A DNA stretch of 64,000 nt, taken from NCBI GenBank assembly GCA_964608765.1, contig CAZSPD010000002.1, forward strand, positions 50,205 through 114,204, given 5' to 3'. This stretch comes from Candidatus Woesearchaeota archaeon (GTDB lineage Archaea > Nanobdellota > Nanobdellia > Pacearchaeales > GW2011-AR1). Under the pieces are notes generated by a model that searched no databases, was not told the DNA's origin, and was given only the letters and a program-made list of their open reading frames with translations. Within the stretch, counting starts at the first letter, position 1, and the number at the start of each line of letters is the position of its first letter. Made by a program: the position numbers and the translations under genes. Positions 54,317 through 63,186 of the stretch are shown here, one piece after another.

Positions 54317-54344
54317 TGTTGAGTGTTTGAAGGGCGAATGGAGG
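54317..54344. repeat. Proximal copy of the 28-bp direct repeat (overlaps the last 12 nt of tRNA-His)
   Basis: See 54263-54290. Positions 54333-54344 are the tRNA 3' T-stem/acceptor strand plus the discriminator. Confidence 0.9.
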
Positions 54345-54404
54345 GAATCGAACCCTCTCTGCACGGACCACAACCGTGTGTACTACCGTTATACTACATC
54401 CGCC
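54333..54404 (-). tRNA. tRNA-His (anticodon GTG) with genome-encoded G-1
   Basis: Hand-folded reverse complement: G-GCGGATG-TA-GTAT-AACGGTA-GTAC-A-CACGG-TTGTGGT-CCGTG-CAGA-GAGGG-TTCGATT-CCCTC-CATTCGC-C. All stems pair, and G-1 pairs with C73. No encoded CCA. Confidence 0.85.
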
Positions 54405-54438
54405 AGTATTTTATTAATTTAATGAATTTAGAAGACTT

Positions 54439-55053
54439 TTAATTCTTTTTGTTTGTATCTAAAGGATAAAAAACAGTTGGGCAAAAATGTTTATTTCTAG
54501 GACCATCTAAAAAATAAACAATAACTCCTACCTTATTAGGATTAGGAACATTAGAGGCTACTGTAACTTGCACAGTTTTAGAAGTGGATTGTACTATATC
54601 TCCTGAAAAGCTTGCAGTATAATTTTCATTCAAATATTTATCTTTAAAAATCAATTCAACTCCCCCCATTTCAGATGTTCCTTCTTCTCTTAAAAGAGTT
54701 ATCTCAAACACATTTTTTTCTAATTCAAAAATGTCACTAACTAAAACCTTTGAAAAAAGACACCTTGAATCTACACTAAACCTTATTTCATTGTCCATAA
54801 CCTTTAAAGTAGTTCTTGTAAATATCAAACTAGACCAAATAATGATAAGAAAGAATATTAATAAGAAGAATGCTGCTCCAAGAGTAACTGCTGCAATTGC
54901 TAATCCTTTTCCTTTTTCACCTTCTTTTTTAATTTGAGAGAGTGCTATTATTCCAAGGATAAATCCTGCAGGTGGAAAAATAAATGCAAAAATAAATCCT
55001 ATTATGGATAATGTATTATATTTTCCCTCTTTTTTTCCTAGTGAATCACCCAT
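54439..55053 (-). CDS. Membrane protein: DUF4190-like TM N-terminus plus a pilin-type globular domain (paralog of the 56950-57471 C-terminus)
   Basis: Shares with the pilin-like ORF: DSRCL/DSMCL, MGGVELIFKD/IGGIKLVFSN and PNKVGVIVYFLDG...FCPT/PNKVSVVVYFLDS...LCST. Confidence 0.5.
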   Translation of the reverse strand: MGDSLGKKEGKYNTLSIIGFIFAFIFPPAGFILGIIALSQIKKEGEKGKGLAIAAVTLGAAFFLLIFFLIIIWSSLIFTRTTLKVMDNEIRFSVDSRCLFSKVLVSDIFELEKNVFEITLLREEGTSEMGGVELIFKDKYLNENYTASFSGDIVQSTSKTVQVTVASNVPNPNKVGVIVYFLDGPRNKHFCPTVFYPLDTNKKN

Positions 55054-55108
55054 GATAAAATATAAATAAAGATATTAATAAATCTTCTTAAAGAATAATA
55101 GATAGGTG

Positions 55109-55516
55109 TTATAATTTAAATCCTAAATCTTTTTTATTTTTTCCAAGAACAATACGTCTGTCTAATATCCCATCTAAATCAGTGTCAATAAATAATTCAT
55201 CGTCAACTCCATCTTCATTTTTATCAAATATCAACATAAATGCTTTATCATCACTATAATAAAGTACGTCTTTATTAGGTAATTCTTTTTTTTCTCTTAT
55301 TAAAAACACTCCCCTAGTATCCTTTTTACTATTTTGATTTAAATCATAGTCAATTACAACAACATCATATATTGAATCTCCACTAATATCTCCAAAATAC
55401 TGAGATAAACTGTGCTCTGCATAATCCCGTTTAGAAAATGAATTGTACTGGGCATTTAAATTAAGTCCAATTAATCCTATTATCCCTGTTCCAATTATCT
55501 TTGATAAGTTTTTCAT
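55109..55516 (-). CDS. Secreted protein with Ca-binding-like DxDxDG loops
   Basis: Signal-like N-terminus, then DKNEDGVDDELFIDTDLDGILD. Confidence 0.45.
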   Translation of the reverse strand: MKNLSKIIGTGIIGLIGLNLNAQYNSFSKRDYAEHSLSQYFGDISGDSIYDVVVIDYDLNQNSKKDTRGVFLIREKKELPNKDVLYYSDDKAFMLIFDKNEDGVDDELFIDTDLDGILDRRIVLGKNKKDLGFKL

Positions 55517-55598
55517 GAAGCTCTAAAAAATAAGCTCTTTTTAAGTATTTAGTAAATCAGATAGTCATTCTTAAAAACTCTTTTTTCTTTAAATTTAA

Positions 55599-56819
55599 AT
55601 GGTAAAAAAGAAAATCGTATATGAACGATATGAACTCTTAGCACCTGCAGGAGATTTTTCAATGCTGCAAACAGCAGTTAATTCAGGGGCAGATGCAGTT
55701 TATTTTGGATTAAAAGATTTTTCTTTAAGAGCAAATGCTAGAAATTTTGAAATTAAGGATCTAGATAAAATAAATGAGATATGCAATAAAAATAAAAAAC
55801 AAGGAAAAATAGTAAAAAAATATCTCACTCTAAACTCAATAATCTATTCAAATGAACTTTTAAAGATTGAAAAAATTCTAAAAAAAATAAAAGGAAAAGT
55901 AGATGCAGTAATATGTTGGGATTTGGGAGTTATTCAGCTTTGTAAAAAATATAATATTCCTTTTCATGTATCAACTCAGGCATCAATATCCAATGTAGAA
56001 TCTGCAAAATTCTATAAAAAATTAGGAGCTGAAAGAATAATTCTTGCAAGGGAATTAGATCTTAAACAAATAAAAGAAATAATCCAAAAAGTAGATATAC
56101 AAGTTGAAACTTTTGTGCACGGAGCAATGTGCTTGGCTGTGAGTGGAAGATGTTTAATGTCACAGTTTTTATTTAATAAATCTGCAAATAGAGGAGAGTG
56201 TATTCATCCGTGTAGAAGAAGTTACATAATTAAAGATACTCAAGAAGGGTATGAATTAGAAATTGAAAACAACCATGTCTTATCTGCAAAAGATTTGTGT
56301 ACTCTTCCTTATATTGAACAATTAAAAAAAGTTGGAATAACTTGCTTTAAGATTGAAGGCAGAAATAGGGACCCAAGATATTTAGAGAGTGTCATAAAGG
56401 AGTATAGAAAAGCTTTAGATAAAAAACTTTCAAATAAAGAAATAAGGGAGAGCATGAATGAATTAGAGAAAGTGTATAATAAAGGATTTTCTTCTGGATT
56501 TTATTTGGGAAAACCAATGCCCTCTGATTTTTCATCAATAGAACACTCTAATGCCACAGAAAAAAAGCAATTTATTGGTAAGATAACAAAATACTATCCT
56601 AAAATGGGTGTGGCAACAATTAAGCTTGTTTCTAAAATTGAAGTTGGTGACAAAATAATTGTAATTGGAAAATCAACAGGTATAGTTAACTCAAAAGTAG
56701 AGAGGATTGAGATAAAAAACTCTCCTGTTGAAAAAGCAGAGAAAGGACAAGAAATAGGAATAAAACTTCCTTTAGTAAGGAAAAATGAAGAAGTCTATAA
56801 AATAGCTCCTTCAAAATAA
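55599..56819 (+). CDS. Peptidase U32 family protein
   Basis: ELLAPAG, SGADAVYFG and the U32 signature ETFVHGAMCLAVSGRCLMS. Confidence 0.85.
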   Translation: MVKKKIVYERYELLAPAGDFSMLQTAVNSGADAVYFGLKDFSLRANARNFEIKDLDKINEICNKNKKQGKIVKKYLTLNSIIYSNELLKIEKILKKIKGKVDAVICWDLGVIQLCKKYNIPFHVSTQASISNVESAKFYKKLGAERIILARELDLKQIKEIIQKVDIQVETFVHGAMCLAVSGRCLMSQFLFNKSANRGECIHPCRRSYIIKDTQEGYELEIENNHVLSAKDLCTLPYIEQLKKVGITCFKIEGRNRDPRYLESVIKEYRKALDKKLSNKEIRESMNELEKVYNKGFSSGFYLGKPMPSDFSSIEHSNATEKKQFIGKITKYYPKMGVATIKLVSKIEVGDKIIVIGKSTGIVNSKVERIEIKNSPVEKAEKGQEIGIKLPLVRKNEEVYKIAPSK

Positions 56820-56894
56820 TTTCTTCAAAATAAATCTAAATAATTTAGTTTAATTAATTTTAAAAAAATAATAAAATATTTTAAAAAATAAAAA

Positions 56895-56913
56895 TTAGGG
56901 AATTTCACCCTAA
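56895..56913. terminator. Short hairpin in an A/T-run spacer between convergent genes
   Basis: TTAGGG-aatttca-CCCTAA (6-bp stem), flanked by long A runs (T runs on the other strand), lies between the U32 stop at 56819 and the pilin stop at 56950. Confidence 0.3.
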
Positions 56914-56949
56914 CAAAATTAAAAAAAATAAAAAAATAAAAAAATTTAC

Positions 56950-57471
56950 TTATGCTACTGGTTGGAATGTAAGTTGATTAGCAGTACTACAAAGTTGTTT
57001 CTTTCCTGAACTGTCAAGGAAGTAAACTACTACACTTACTTTGTTAGGTTTAAAAGAACCACTTAAATTACCAATTTGTGCAGGTCCAGCTTCAAATTCA
57101 ACTGGTAGTGTTATTGTTCTAGATGCTAAAGCAACTAAAGGAGCATTGTCACCTGTTCCAGTTAATTCCCAATCTACAACTTGATTTTCTGAGCCTGTCT
57201 GATTACTGAAAACTAACTTGATTCCTCCTATAGGCTCGTCTCCGCCCATTCTAGTGAAAGTTACTGTATATACACTATCTGTAGCCTTAACACTTGTAGC
57301 TTCAACACTTGCACGTAAACACATAGAGTCTATATCTACTTGTTGTGTTGAATCTTGAACAACATTTCGTATAACAATCCAAATTATACCTACAGCAACA
57401 AGTGTAAGCAAAATTATCAACAAAGTAGCGACAATCGCTGACAAACCCTTTTTACTTTTTCTCATGTTCAC
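56950..57471 (-). CDS. Archaeal type IV pilin-like protein (class III signal peptide)
   Basis: MNMRKSKKGLSAIVATLLIILLTLVAVGIIW matches the archaeal pilin N-terminal pattern: a basic stretch, a G/small cleavage site, then a hydrophobic helix. Confidence 0.75.
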   Translation of the reverse strand: MNMRKSKKGLSAIVATLLIILLTLVAVGIIWIVIRNVVQDSTQQVDIDSMCLRASVEATSVKATDSVYTVTFTRMGGDEPIGGIKLVFSNQTGSENQVVDWELTGTGDNAPLVALASRTITLPVEFEAGPAQIGNLSGSFKPNKVSVVVYFLDSSGKKQLCSTANQLTFQPVA

Positions 57472-57539
57472 CTCCTTTCAACCATTTAAAATGACCATCA
57501 AGGTCTATATAGTAAGAAAATACTCCTATAAAAACCTTT

Positions 57540-58766
57540 TTATTTTTTAAAAGTGTCAATAATTTTAAAAAATTCCTTGCTGTCAATTACTTTATCCACT
57601 TCTGTAAGTCCTCTCTGCTCTACAAATCCTGCAAATGCTCCTGAACTATATCCTCTTTTTCTAAGAGAAATTATTGTAGGTAATCTTTCATCATCATCTC
57701 CTGAGAACTCTCCTGAATCAATCATTGAATTTAATTTTCTTTTTGATAAAATTAAATCACTAAATTTAATTCTTCCCATAAAATACACCCAAGGTGATTT
57801 TTTATTAAAGACATCAAAAATCATTTTTTGTCTCTTAGCATTATCCATGTGGTCTTTTCCTCTAATTATATGAGTCATTCCAAATTCAATATCATCTACA
57901 GAAACTACTAAATTCATTAAAGGCCAAACTCTATATTTTCTTTTTTGTTTTGGATGTTCGTGTTCATCAATTCTTGCTAGAGGAAAGTCTCTCATAGCAG
58001 GATTAGAATCTTGCATTCCAAATTTAGATTTAAATCTTATCACAGCTTTTCCTTGAGGGTATCCCTTTTTTTCATTTAACATTAGCTTCCACCTATAAAG
58101 ATTTTCTTTTAAATCATTATTTCTACACGGGCAGTTTTCTTTTAATTCTGAAAACCCCTTAAATTTTTCAGGAGAACAAGTACAAACATATGCAACATTT
58201 TTAGTTATCATTTTTTCAATATAATCATAATAAATCTCCATTCTGTCTGAGGAGTTAATATACTCTGTTACATTTCCAAATGCCCAGTCGCAATCTCGTT
58301 TAATGTTTTTATAAGCTTCTTTACGTGTTGTCTTTGGGTCAGTATCATCAACAATAATGTAAAATTTACCCCCATATTTTTTAACATACAATGAAGAAAT
58401 CATTCCTGATATTATGTGTCCTACATGCATTGGTCCAGACGGTGCAGGTCTAAATCTCATTACAACTCCTTTTTTTGGAACATCAGGTAATTCATCTAAT
58501 CCTTCTCTTATTTCTCTTTCTGAAACAAATTTTTTAAGTTTTTCATATTCTTTTTTTTGTTTCTCTAAAGGTAATTTATTTACAGAATTAACAATCTCAT
58601 TTACTTCTTTAGAATATTCTTTAACTTCTTCTCTTTTCAGTCCTTCTGCAAATAGTCCAGATATAACTGCTCCTGGATTAGCCTTGCCATTATAATTTAT
58701 TGCATTTTTTAAAGCATATGCTCTTGCCTTTTTATTAAAATCTTTCATGTTATCTATACTCTCCAA
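57540..58766 (-). CDS. gltX: Glutamate--tRNA ligase-like protein lacking the usual C-terminal anticodon-binding region
   Basis: Archaeal-type N-terminal YALKNAINYNGKANPGAVISG, HIGH motif PSGPMHVGH, the zinc-knuckle-like VCTCSPEKF...CPCR and KMSKS-like LILSKRKL. Only about 74 residues follow KMSKS. Confidence 0.75.
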   Translation of the reverse strand: MESIDNMKDFNKKARAYALKNAINYNGKANPGAVISGLFAEGLKREEVKEYSKEVNEIVNSVNKLPLEKQKKEYEKLKKFVSEREIREGLDELPDVPKKGVVMRFRPAPSGPMHVGHIISGMISSLYVKKYGGKFYIIVDDTDPKTTRKEAYKNIKRDCDWAFGNVTEYINSSDRMEIYYDYIEKMITKNVAYVCTCSPEKFKGFSELKENCPCRNNDLKENLYRWKLMLNEKKGYPQGKAVIRFKSKFGMQDSNPAMRDFPLARIDEHEHPKQKRKYRVWPLMNLVVSVDDIEFGMTHIIRGKDHMDNAKRQKMIFDVFNKKSPWVYFMGRIKFSDLILSKRKLNSMIDSGEFSGDDDERLPTIISLRKRGYSSGAFAGFVEQRGLTEVDKVIDSKEFFKIIDTFKK

Positions 58767-59127
58767 TGCTTAATTTTTTTTCAATAACTTCCATTTTTTG
58801 TTGTAGTGAATACATTTGGTTAGACAATTCCTCTATTTTATCAGTCATGTTTTTAAGTCTTAGTGCAAGTCTTCTTCTTTTTTCTTCAGAATCTAAACCA
58901 GACTCTGAATTAGATTGTTGAATTAAATTAGTTGATTGAGTTAAAACGGAAGTTGATTCAAAAGTATTAAAAAATCCTCCAAAGGAACCTGAATTTTCTG
59001 AAGAAGATGTTGAAGTTTCTTCTTTATTTTCTGGTAAATTACTTCCTTTATCTGATTTTAGTTTTCTTTGGTTATAATTATAATCTTCAGTCAAATCAAT
59101 AACTTTTTTCCTCTTAAAAATTCCCAT
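58750..59127 (-). CDS. Hypothetical protein: basic N-terminus, Ser-rich linker, C-terminal coiled coil
   Basis: MGIFKRKK...EEKRRRLALRLKNMTDKIEELSNQMYSLQQKMEVIEKKL. Its 3' end overlaps the gltX start by 17 nt. Confidence 0.4.
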   Translation of the reverse strand: MGIFKRKKVIDLTEDYNYNQRKLKSDKGSNLPENKEETSTSSSENSGSFGGFFNTFESTSVLTQSTNLIQQSNSESGLDSEEKRRRLALRLKNMTDKIEELSNQMYSLQQKMEVIEKKLSIGEYR

Positions 59128-59201
59128 AATTAATGAAGTCTATGAATATTTTTAAATCTAGCTATCAAACATTTTTTAAATGTGAAATTCTTTAAATTTA
59201 C

Positions 59202-60596
59202 ATGGGTTCAACAATATCAGATATAATTGGAAAAATAAATCCCAAATATATTGAAGAGCCTGCTGCAATACATACTTTAGGGTATGATTCTGCTGCTGAA
59301 ACACTAGAACCAGTTTATTTTTTCATACTTGACTTAATGAATGATTTTGGATTAAGAACTGAAAAATTAATTGATAATTTCTCATCGTCACCTGGTTCAG
59401 GACACTTTGCTGAGTTAGGAGGTAGAGCAACAGTAATGCAAAACCAAGCAAGCAAAGTTATGGGTGATATTAATACTGTGTTGAGAAGTGTCCTTAATTT
59501 AATATATGATTTAAAAGAATTTAGAATGAGGATTCAAAGTTATGAGGATTTAAAAAATCCTTCAAAAAAAGAGGGTGCAATTCTTTCACTTAAACAAGTA
59601 TGGATGGATAAAGTAGATATCCTAAAAGGAAACTCAAGTTTAAAGGCAATGGCATTAGGACAAAGTGGGTTTGTAACTCTTTTAGATGCATTCCTTGCTT
59701 CAAAAGATGAAGGACATGCAAAATCACTTGACTTAAATGAGAGAGTAAAAAGAATTTTAATTCCAAGAATAGCTGAATTTAATATTTGGTTAAAACAATC
59801 AGAACAAGAATTAAGAAAAAGATATGAACTTGAAAAAACTTATCTTAAAAGTCAAGTTAATAGTCTTAAACTATATTCTAGATGGGCTAAACCCTATCTT
59901 AAGGCAGCATATGATTTAGAAAGTAAAGATAGTGGAAGAGACCCTGCACTTGTAAAGACATTTAATACTATTGTATTAAATTTAGTTTTAGTAGGAAAAA
60001 AGGAAATAAAAGTAAAAGATGCTGCAATGGAGGGTATACTTCCAAAAGAATTTGCAAAAGATAATTTTATTAAAAAACTTAGAAAATATTATAGTTGTGT
60101 TGTAGTTGAATTATTATTTAGGGGAATACCTCAAAGAATCTCCCAGCAATCCCATTATACATTTGGTGGAAAAGCAGAAGTCACATTTAAAGCATATGCA
60201 CTTAATGAAGATGAACTTAATAAACTTAATAAAGAATTAGAAAAGTCTGATATAGGAGATGCACTAACATTAATAGAAGGAACAACTGAAGAAAGTTTAG
60301 GGCAAATACAAGATGAGATAAATTTCTTTTTAGAAGAAAAAGACAAAGAAGAGAAGGAAAAAAAAGTTAAAGACACTTCAAACCCTTTTTTAGCATTGTT
60401 TGGGTATTATGATAAAAAAGAAAGCAAAGGTGAAGCTCCAAAAAAGAAAGAAGATGATTCAGATAAACCAATAAGAAAAGACGACTGGATAGAAAAAACA
60501 CATTTAAGACCATTAGCAGAAGAAGGTGCAATAGCAACTGCAATGAGTTTATTTGATATATATAAGAAATCTCATCAAATGGCAAGTTTTACTTAA
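59202..60596 (+). CDS. Hypothetical 464-aa, mostly helical protein
   Basis: A long uninterrupted ORF with a TATA-like TTTAAAT about 20 nt upstream of the ATG. I recognise no motif. Confidence 0.55.
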   Translation: MGSTISDIIGKINPKYIEEPAAIHTLGYDSAAETLEPVYFFILDLMNDFGLRTEKLIDNFSSSPGSGHFAELGGRATVMQNQASKVMGDINTVLRSVLNLIYDLKEFRMRIQSYEDLKNPSKKEGAILSLKQVWMDKVDILKGNSSLKAMALGQSGFVTLLDAFLASKDEGHAKSLDLNERVKRILIPRIAEFNIWLKQSEQELRKRYELEKTYLKSQVNSLKLYSRWAKPYLKAAYDLESKDSGRDPALVKTFNTIVLNLVLVGKKEIKVKDAAMEGILPKEFAKDNFIKKLRKYYSCVVVELLFRGIPQRISQQSHYTFGGKAEVTFKAYALNEDELNKLNKELEKSDIGDALTLIEGTTEESLGQIQDEINFFLEEKDKEEKEKKVKDTSNPFLALFGYYDKKESKGEAPKKKEDDSDKPIRKDDWIEKTHLRPLAEEGAIATAMSLFDIYKKSHQMASFT

Positions 60597-60627
60597 ACTT
60601 TATATAATTTATACTCTTTGACATAGT

Positions 60628-61257
60628 ATGGTAAAAAAGTCAAAAACAAAGAAAAAACAGCCTATTAAAAAAAATCAAGAAAAGAAAAAAGAAACTAAAG
60701 ATTTAAATTCAATTCTCAATCAAGAAGAAATAAATTCTTTAAAAAAAATAGTTAAACAAGAAGATAGAGGTTTAAACCCCATTAATATACAAGACATTTT
60801 AAAAAATCAGGAAATAAAATCTTCTCCTTCTTTAGAAAAAATAAATTCACTTCAAGAAATTCCAATTAGGATAGATAGGAATATTATAACAGGAAATATG
60901 TCTGTGGATGTAAAAGATAATAAGATGTACGGGGATAAAAAAGAATCAGGATACTCTCAAAAAGATTCTGAGCAAGAAGATAAAAAATATACCTCTATTT
61001 ATGGAGAAAATATAGTAAAATTAGTTAGTAAAAATGATACTAGAATATCTGGACCAATAGGTGGAACAGAACCAAGAAAGATAATATTTAATCAACAAAG
61101 TGAAGTTAAAAGTAAAGGACAAGATAATTTTGAAAAATATTCTACATTTCTTCCTATGGAAAGAGCTGACACAATTGGAAAAAAGAAAAAAAATATTTTT
61201 GGGATAGAGAATAGTTTTGAAGTAACTGAAATAAAATATGAGGGGAGTGGGTACTGA
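60628..61257 (+). CDS. Hypothetical low-complexity protein with a lysine-rich N-terminal leader
   Basis: The MVKKSKTKKKQPIKKNQEKKKE leader is homologous to the N-terminus of the ORF at 63439. CTTTATATAAT lies about 21 nt upstream. Confidence 0.45.
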   Translation: MVKKSKTKKKQPIKKNQEKKKETKDLNSILNQEEINSLKKIVKQEDRGLNPINIQDILKNQEIKSSPSLEKINSLQEIPIRIDRNIITGNMSVDVKDNKMYGDKKESGYSQKDSEQEDKKYTSIYGENIVKLVSKNDTRISGPIGGTEPRKIIFNQQSEVKSKGQDNFEKYSTFLPMERADTIGKKKKNIFGIENSFEVTEIKYEGSGY

Positions 61258-61327
61258 TTAGAATTAATACATTCTAATATATATCATAAACCATTAAATT
61301 AATAAATTAAATAATCTAAAATATAAT

Positions 61328-63136
61328 ATGGTAAAAGGGGGAGGATATACAATTGAAAATGTTTATCAAGGAGGATATAATACATTAGATCCAAATAAAG
61401 CTTATTCTAATTCTTTTACAGGGTATAGGGCAAGTGTAGGTTCATTAGGATTAACTACAAACCCAAATACAGTTCATCAATTAAAAGAAGTTTCTGATAA
61501 ACTCTCTTCTGGTTTAAAAAATGTAGAAATTGAACTTATTTTTCCAAATATAACTGATGCTATACCTAAGCAGCACTTTACAGAAATGAGACAATTAAGT
61601 AAACTTGTTGGTGGAGAACTTTCTGTGCATGGGCCAGTAATAGATACTACTGGAATGTCTCGTGAGGGATATAGTGAATTAAATAGACAATTATCTGAAA
61701 GAAGAATAACAGATACACTCTTAAAAAGTCATGAATTAAATCCTGATGGTACTCTCACTGTAAATTTTCATTCTGCTGACGGACTTCCTAGTTCAACTTG
61801 GAAAACATTAGGAAGTTTAGATGGAAAAACATCTAGAGAAGCAAAAAAGATTATTGCAATAAATAGAGAAAATGGAAGTGTGGCTAACCTAGAAGAAGAA
61901 AAAAAATATTATCCTGGAACAGACCTTTCTAAACCAAAAACATACACTCCTGAAAAAAATTTAGAAATATTAAATGAAAGCAAATGGGACAGTGATATAA
62001 ATCAATTATTTTTTATTAAAGAAAGAGCAGACCAAATTCTTGGGGAAAACACTGTTCAAATACAACATTTATTTGAAGGATTAAAAAAAGGAGAAATAAA
62101 TCCTAATGATTTAACTCCTACACAACAAGTAATCCTTTCAAAATATAATGATGCATCTCACTATCTTCAAGATATTCACAGAAGCGTTAAAGCACTGTTT
62201 AGTAAAGGATATGAATATGGAGATGAAAAACAAAGAGAAGCACTATCTAAATTATCTGAACAATATAAAAGAGATATTGATGTAAAAAATGGTGGGGACA
62301 ATATTTTGGTTCAATCAGGAGCAATGAAAAACCTTTTATTTGAGCTACAAAATTCAAAAACTTCTCTTGCTCCTAAAATTTATATCCCAATAGATGATTT
62401 TGCTCTTGAAAAATCTTCACAAACTTATGGAAATGCTATTTTTAATGCATTTGATAAATTTAAAGATGTAAATAAAACCCCAATAATGCTTATTGAAAAC
62501 CCTCCTGCTGGAGTAGCACTTTCAACAGGAGAAGATTTGAAAAACTTAATTATAAAATCTAGGGAACAATTTGTGAAAAGAGCAGTTGAAGAGAAAAATA
62601 TGAAACCTAGAGAAGCAGAAAAAATAGCTGAAAAATTAATTGGTGCTACTTGGGATGTTGGGCATATTAACATGTTAAGAAAAGGAGGATTTAAAGATGA
62701 AGACATAATAAAAGAAACTGAAAAAATAGCACCCTATGTAAGGCACGTGCATCTTTCAGATAATTTTGGATTAGAACATACTGAATTACCTATGGGGATG
62801 GGAAATGTTCCACTAAAAGAAATGATGTCTAAACTTGGTGAAAAAGGATTTGAAGCTAAAAAAATAATTGAAGCAGGAGATTGGTGGGCTCAGTTCAAAA
62901 CATCTCCAATAAAAGAATCACTTGAAGGATTAGGCTCTCCAATGTATTTTAGTGGACAAGGGCCATACTGGAACCAGTCATTAGGTTTACAGCAAAATTA
63001 TTTTTCAGGTTATGGTATGATACTTCCTTCTAATAACTACCAAACATTTGGAGCAGGATTTTCTCAACTTCCTCAAGAACTTGGAGGAGAGATGAGGGGA
63101 TCTGGAGGAAGATTCAGCCAGAGAGGAATGGAATAG
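61328..63136 (+). CDS. Xylose isomerase-like/AP-endonuclease-2-type TIM-barrel protein with a large insertion and a G/Q/S-rich tail
   Basis: LSVHGP, LIENPP, TWDVGH and HVHLSDNFGLEHTELPMGMGNV follow the metal-ligand order of the sugar-phosphate isomerase/endonuclease IV TIM-barrel superfamily. About 250 residues are inserted between the first two motifs. Confidence 0.55.
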   Translation: MVKGGGYTIENVYQGGYNTLDPNKAYSNSFTGYRASVGSLGLTTNPNTVHQLKEVSDKLSSGLKNVEIELIFPNITDAIPKQHFTEMRQLSKLVGGELSVHGPVIDTTGMSREGYSELNRQLSERRITDTLLKSHELNPDGTLTVNFHSADGLPSSTWKTLGSLDGKTSREAKKIIAINRENGSVANLEEEKKYYPGTDLSKPKTYTPEKNLEILNESKWDSDINQLFFIKERADQILGENTVQIQHLFEGLKKGEINPNDLTPTQQVILSKYNDASHYLQDIHRSVKALFSKGYEYGDEKQREALSKLSEQYKRDIDVKNGGDNILVQSGAMKNLLFELQNSKTSLAPKIYIPIDDFALEKSSQTYGNAIFNAFDKFKDVNKTPIMLIENPPAGVALSTGEDLKNLIIKSREQFVKRAVEEKNMKPREAEKIAEKLIGATWDVGHINMLRKGGFKDEDIIKETEKIAPYVRHVHLSDNFGLEHTELPMGMGNVPLKEMMSKLGEKGFEAKKIIEAGDWWAQFKTSPIKESLEGLGSPMYFSGQGPYWNQSLGLQQNYFSGYGMILPSNNYQTFGAGFSQLPQELGGEMRGSGGRFSQRGME

Positions 63137-63186
63137 CTAAAATAAAATAACAATATATTTATTAATTAAAAAAGACTAGTAAAATA

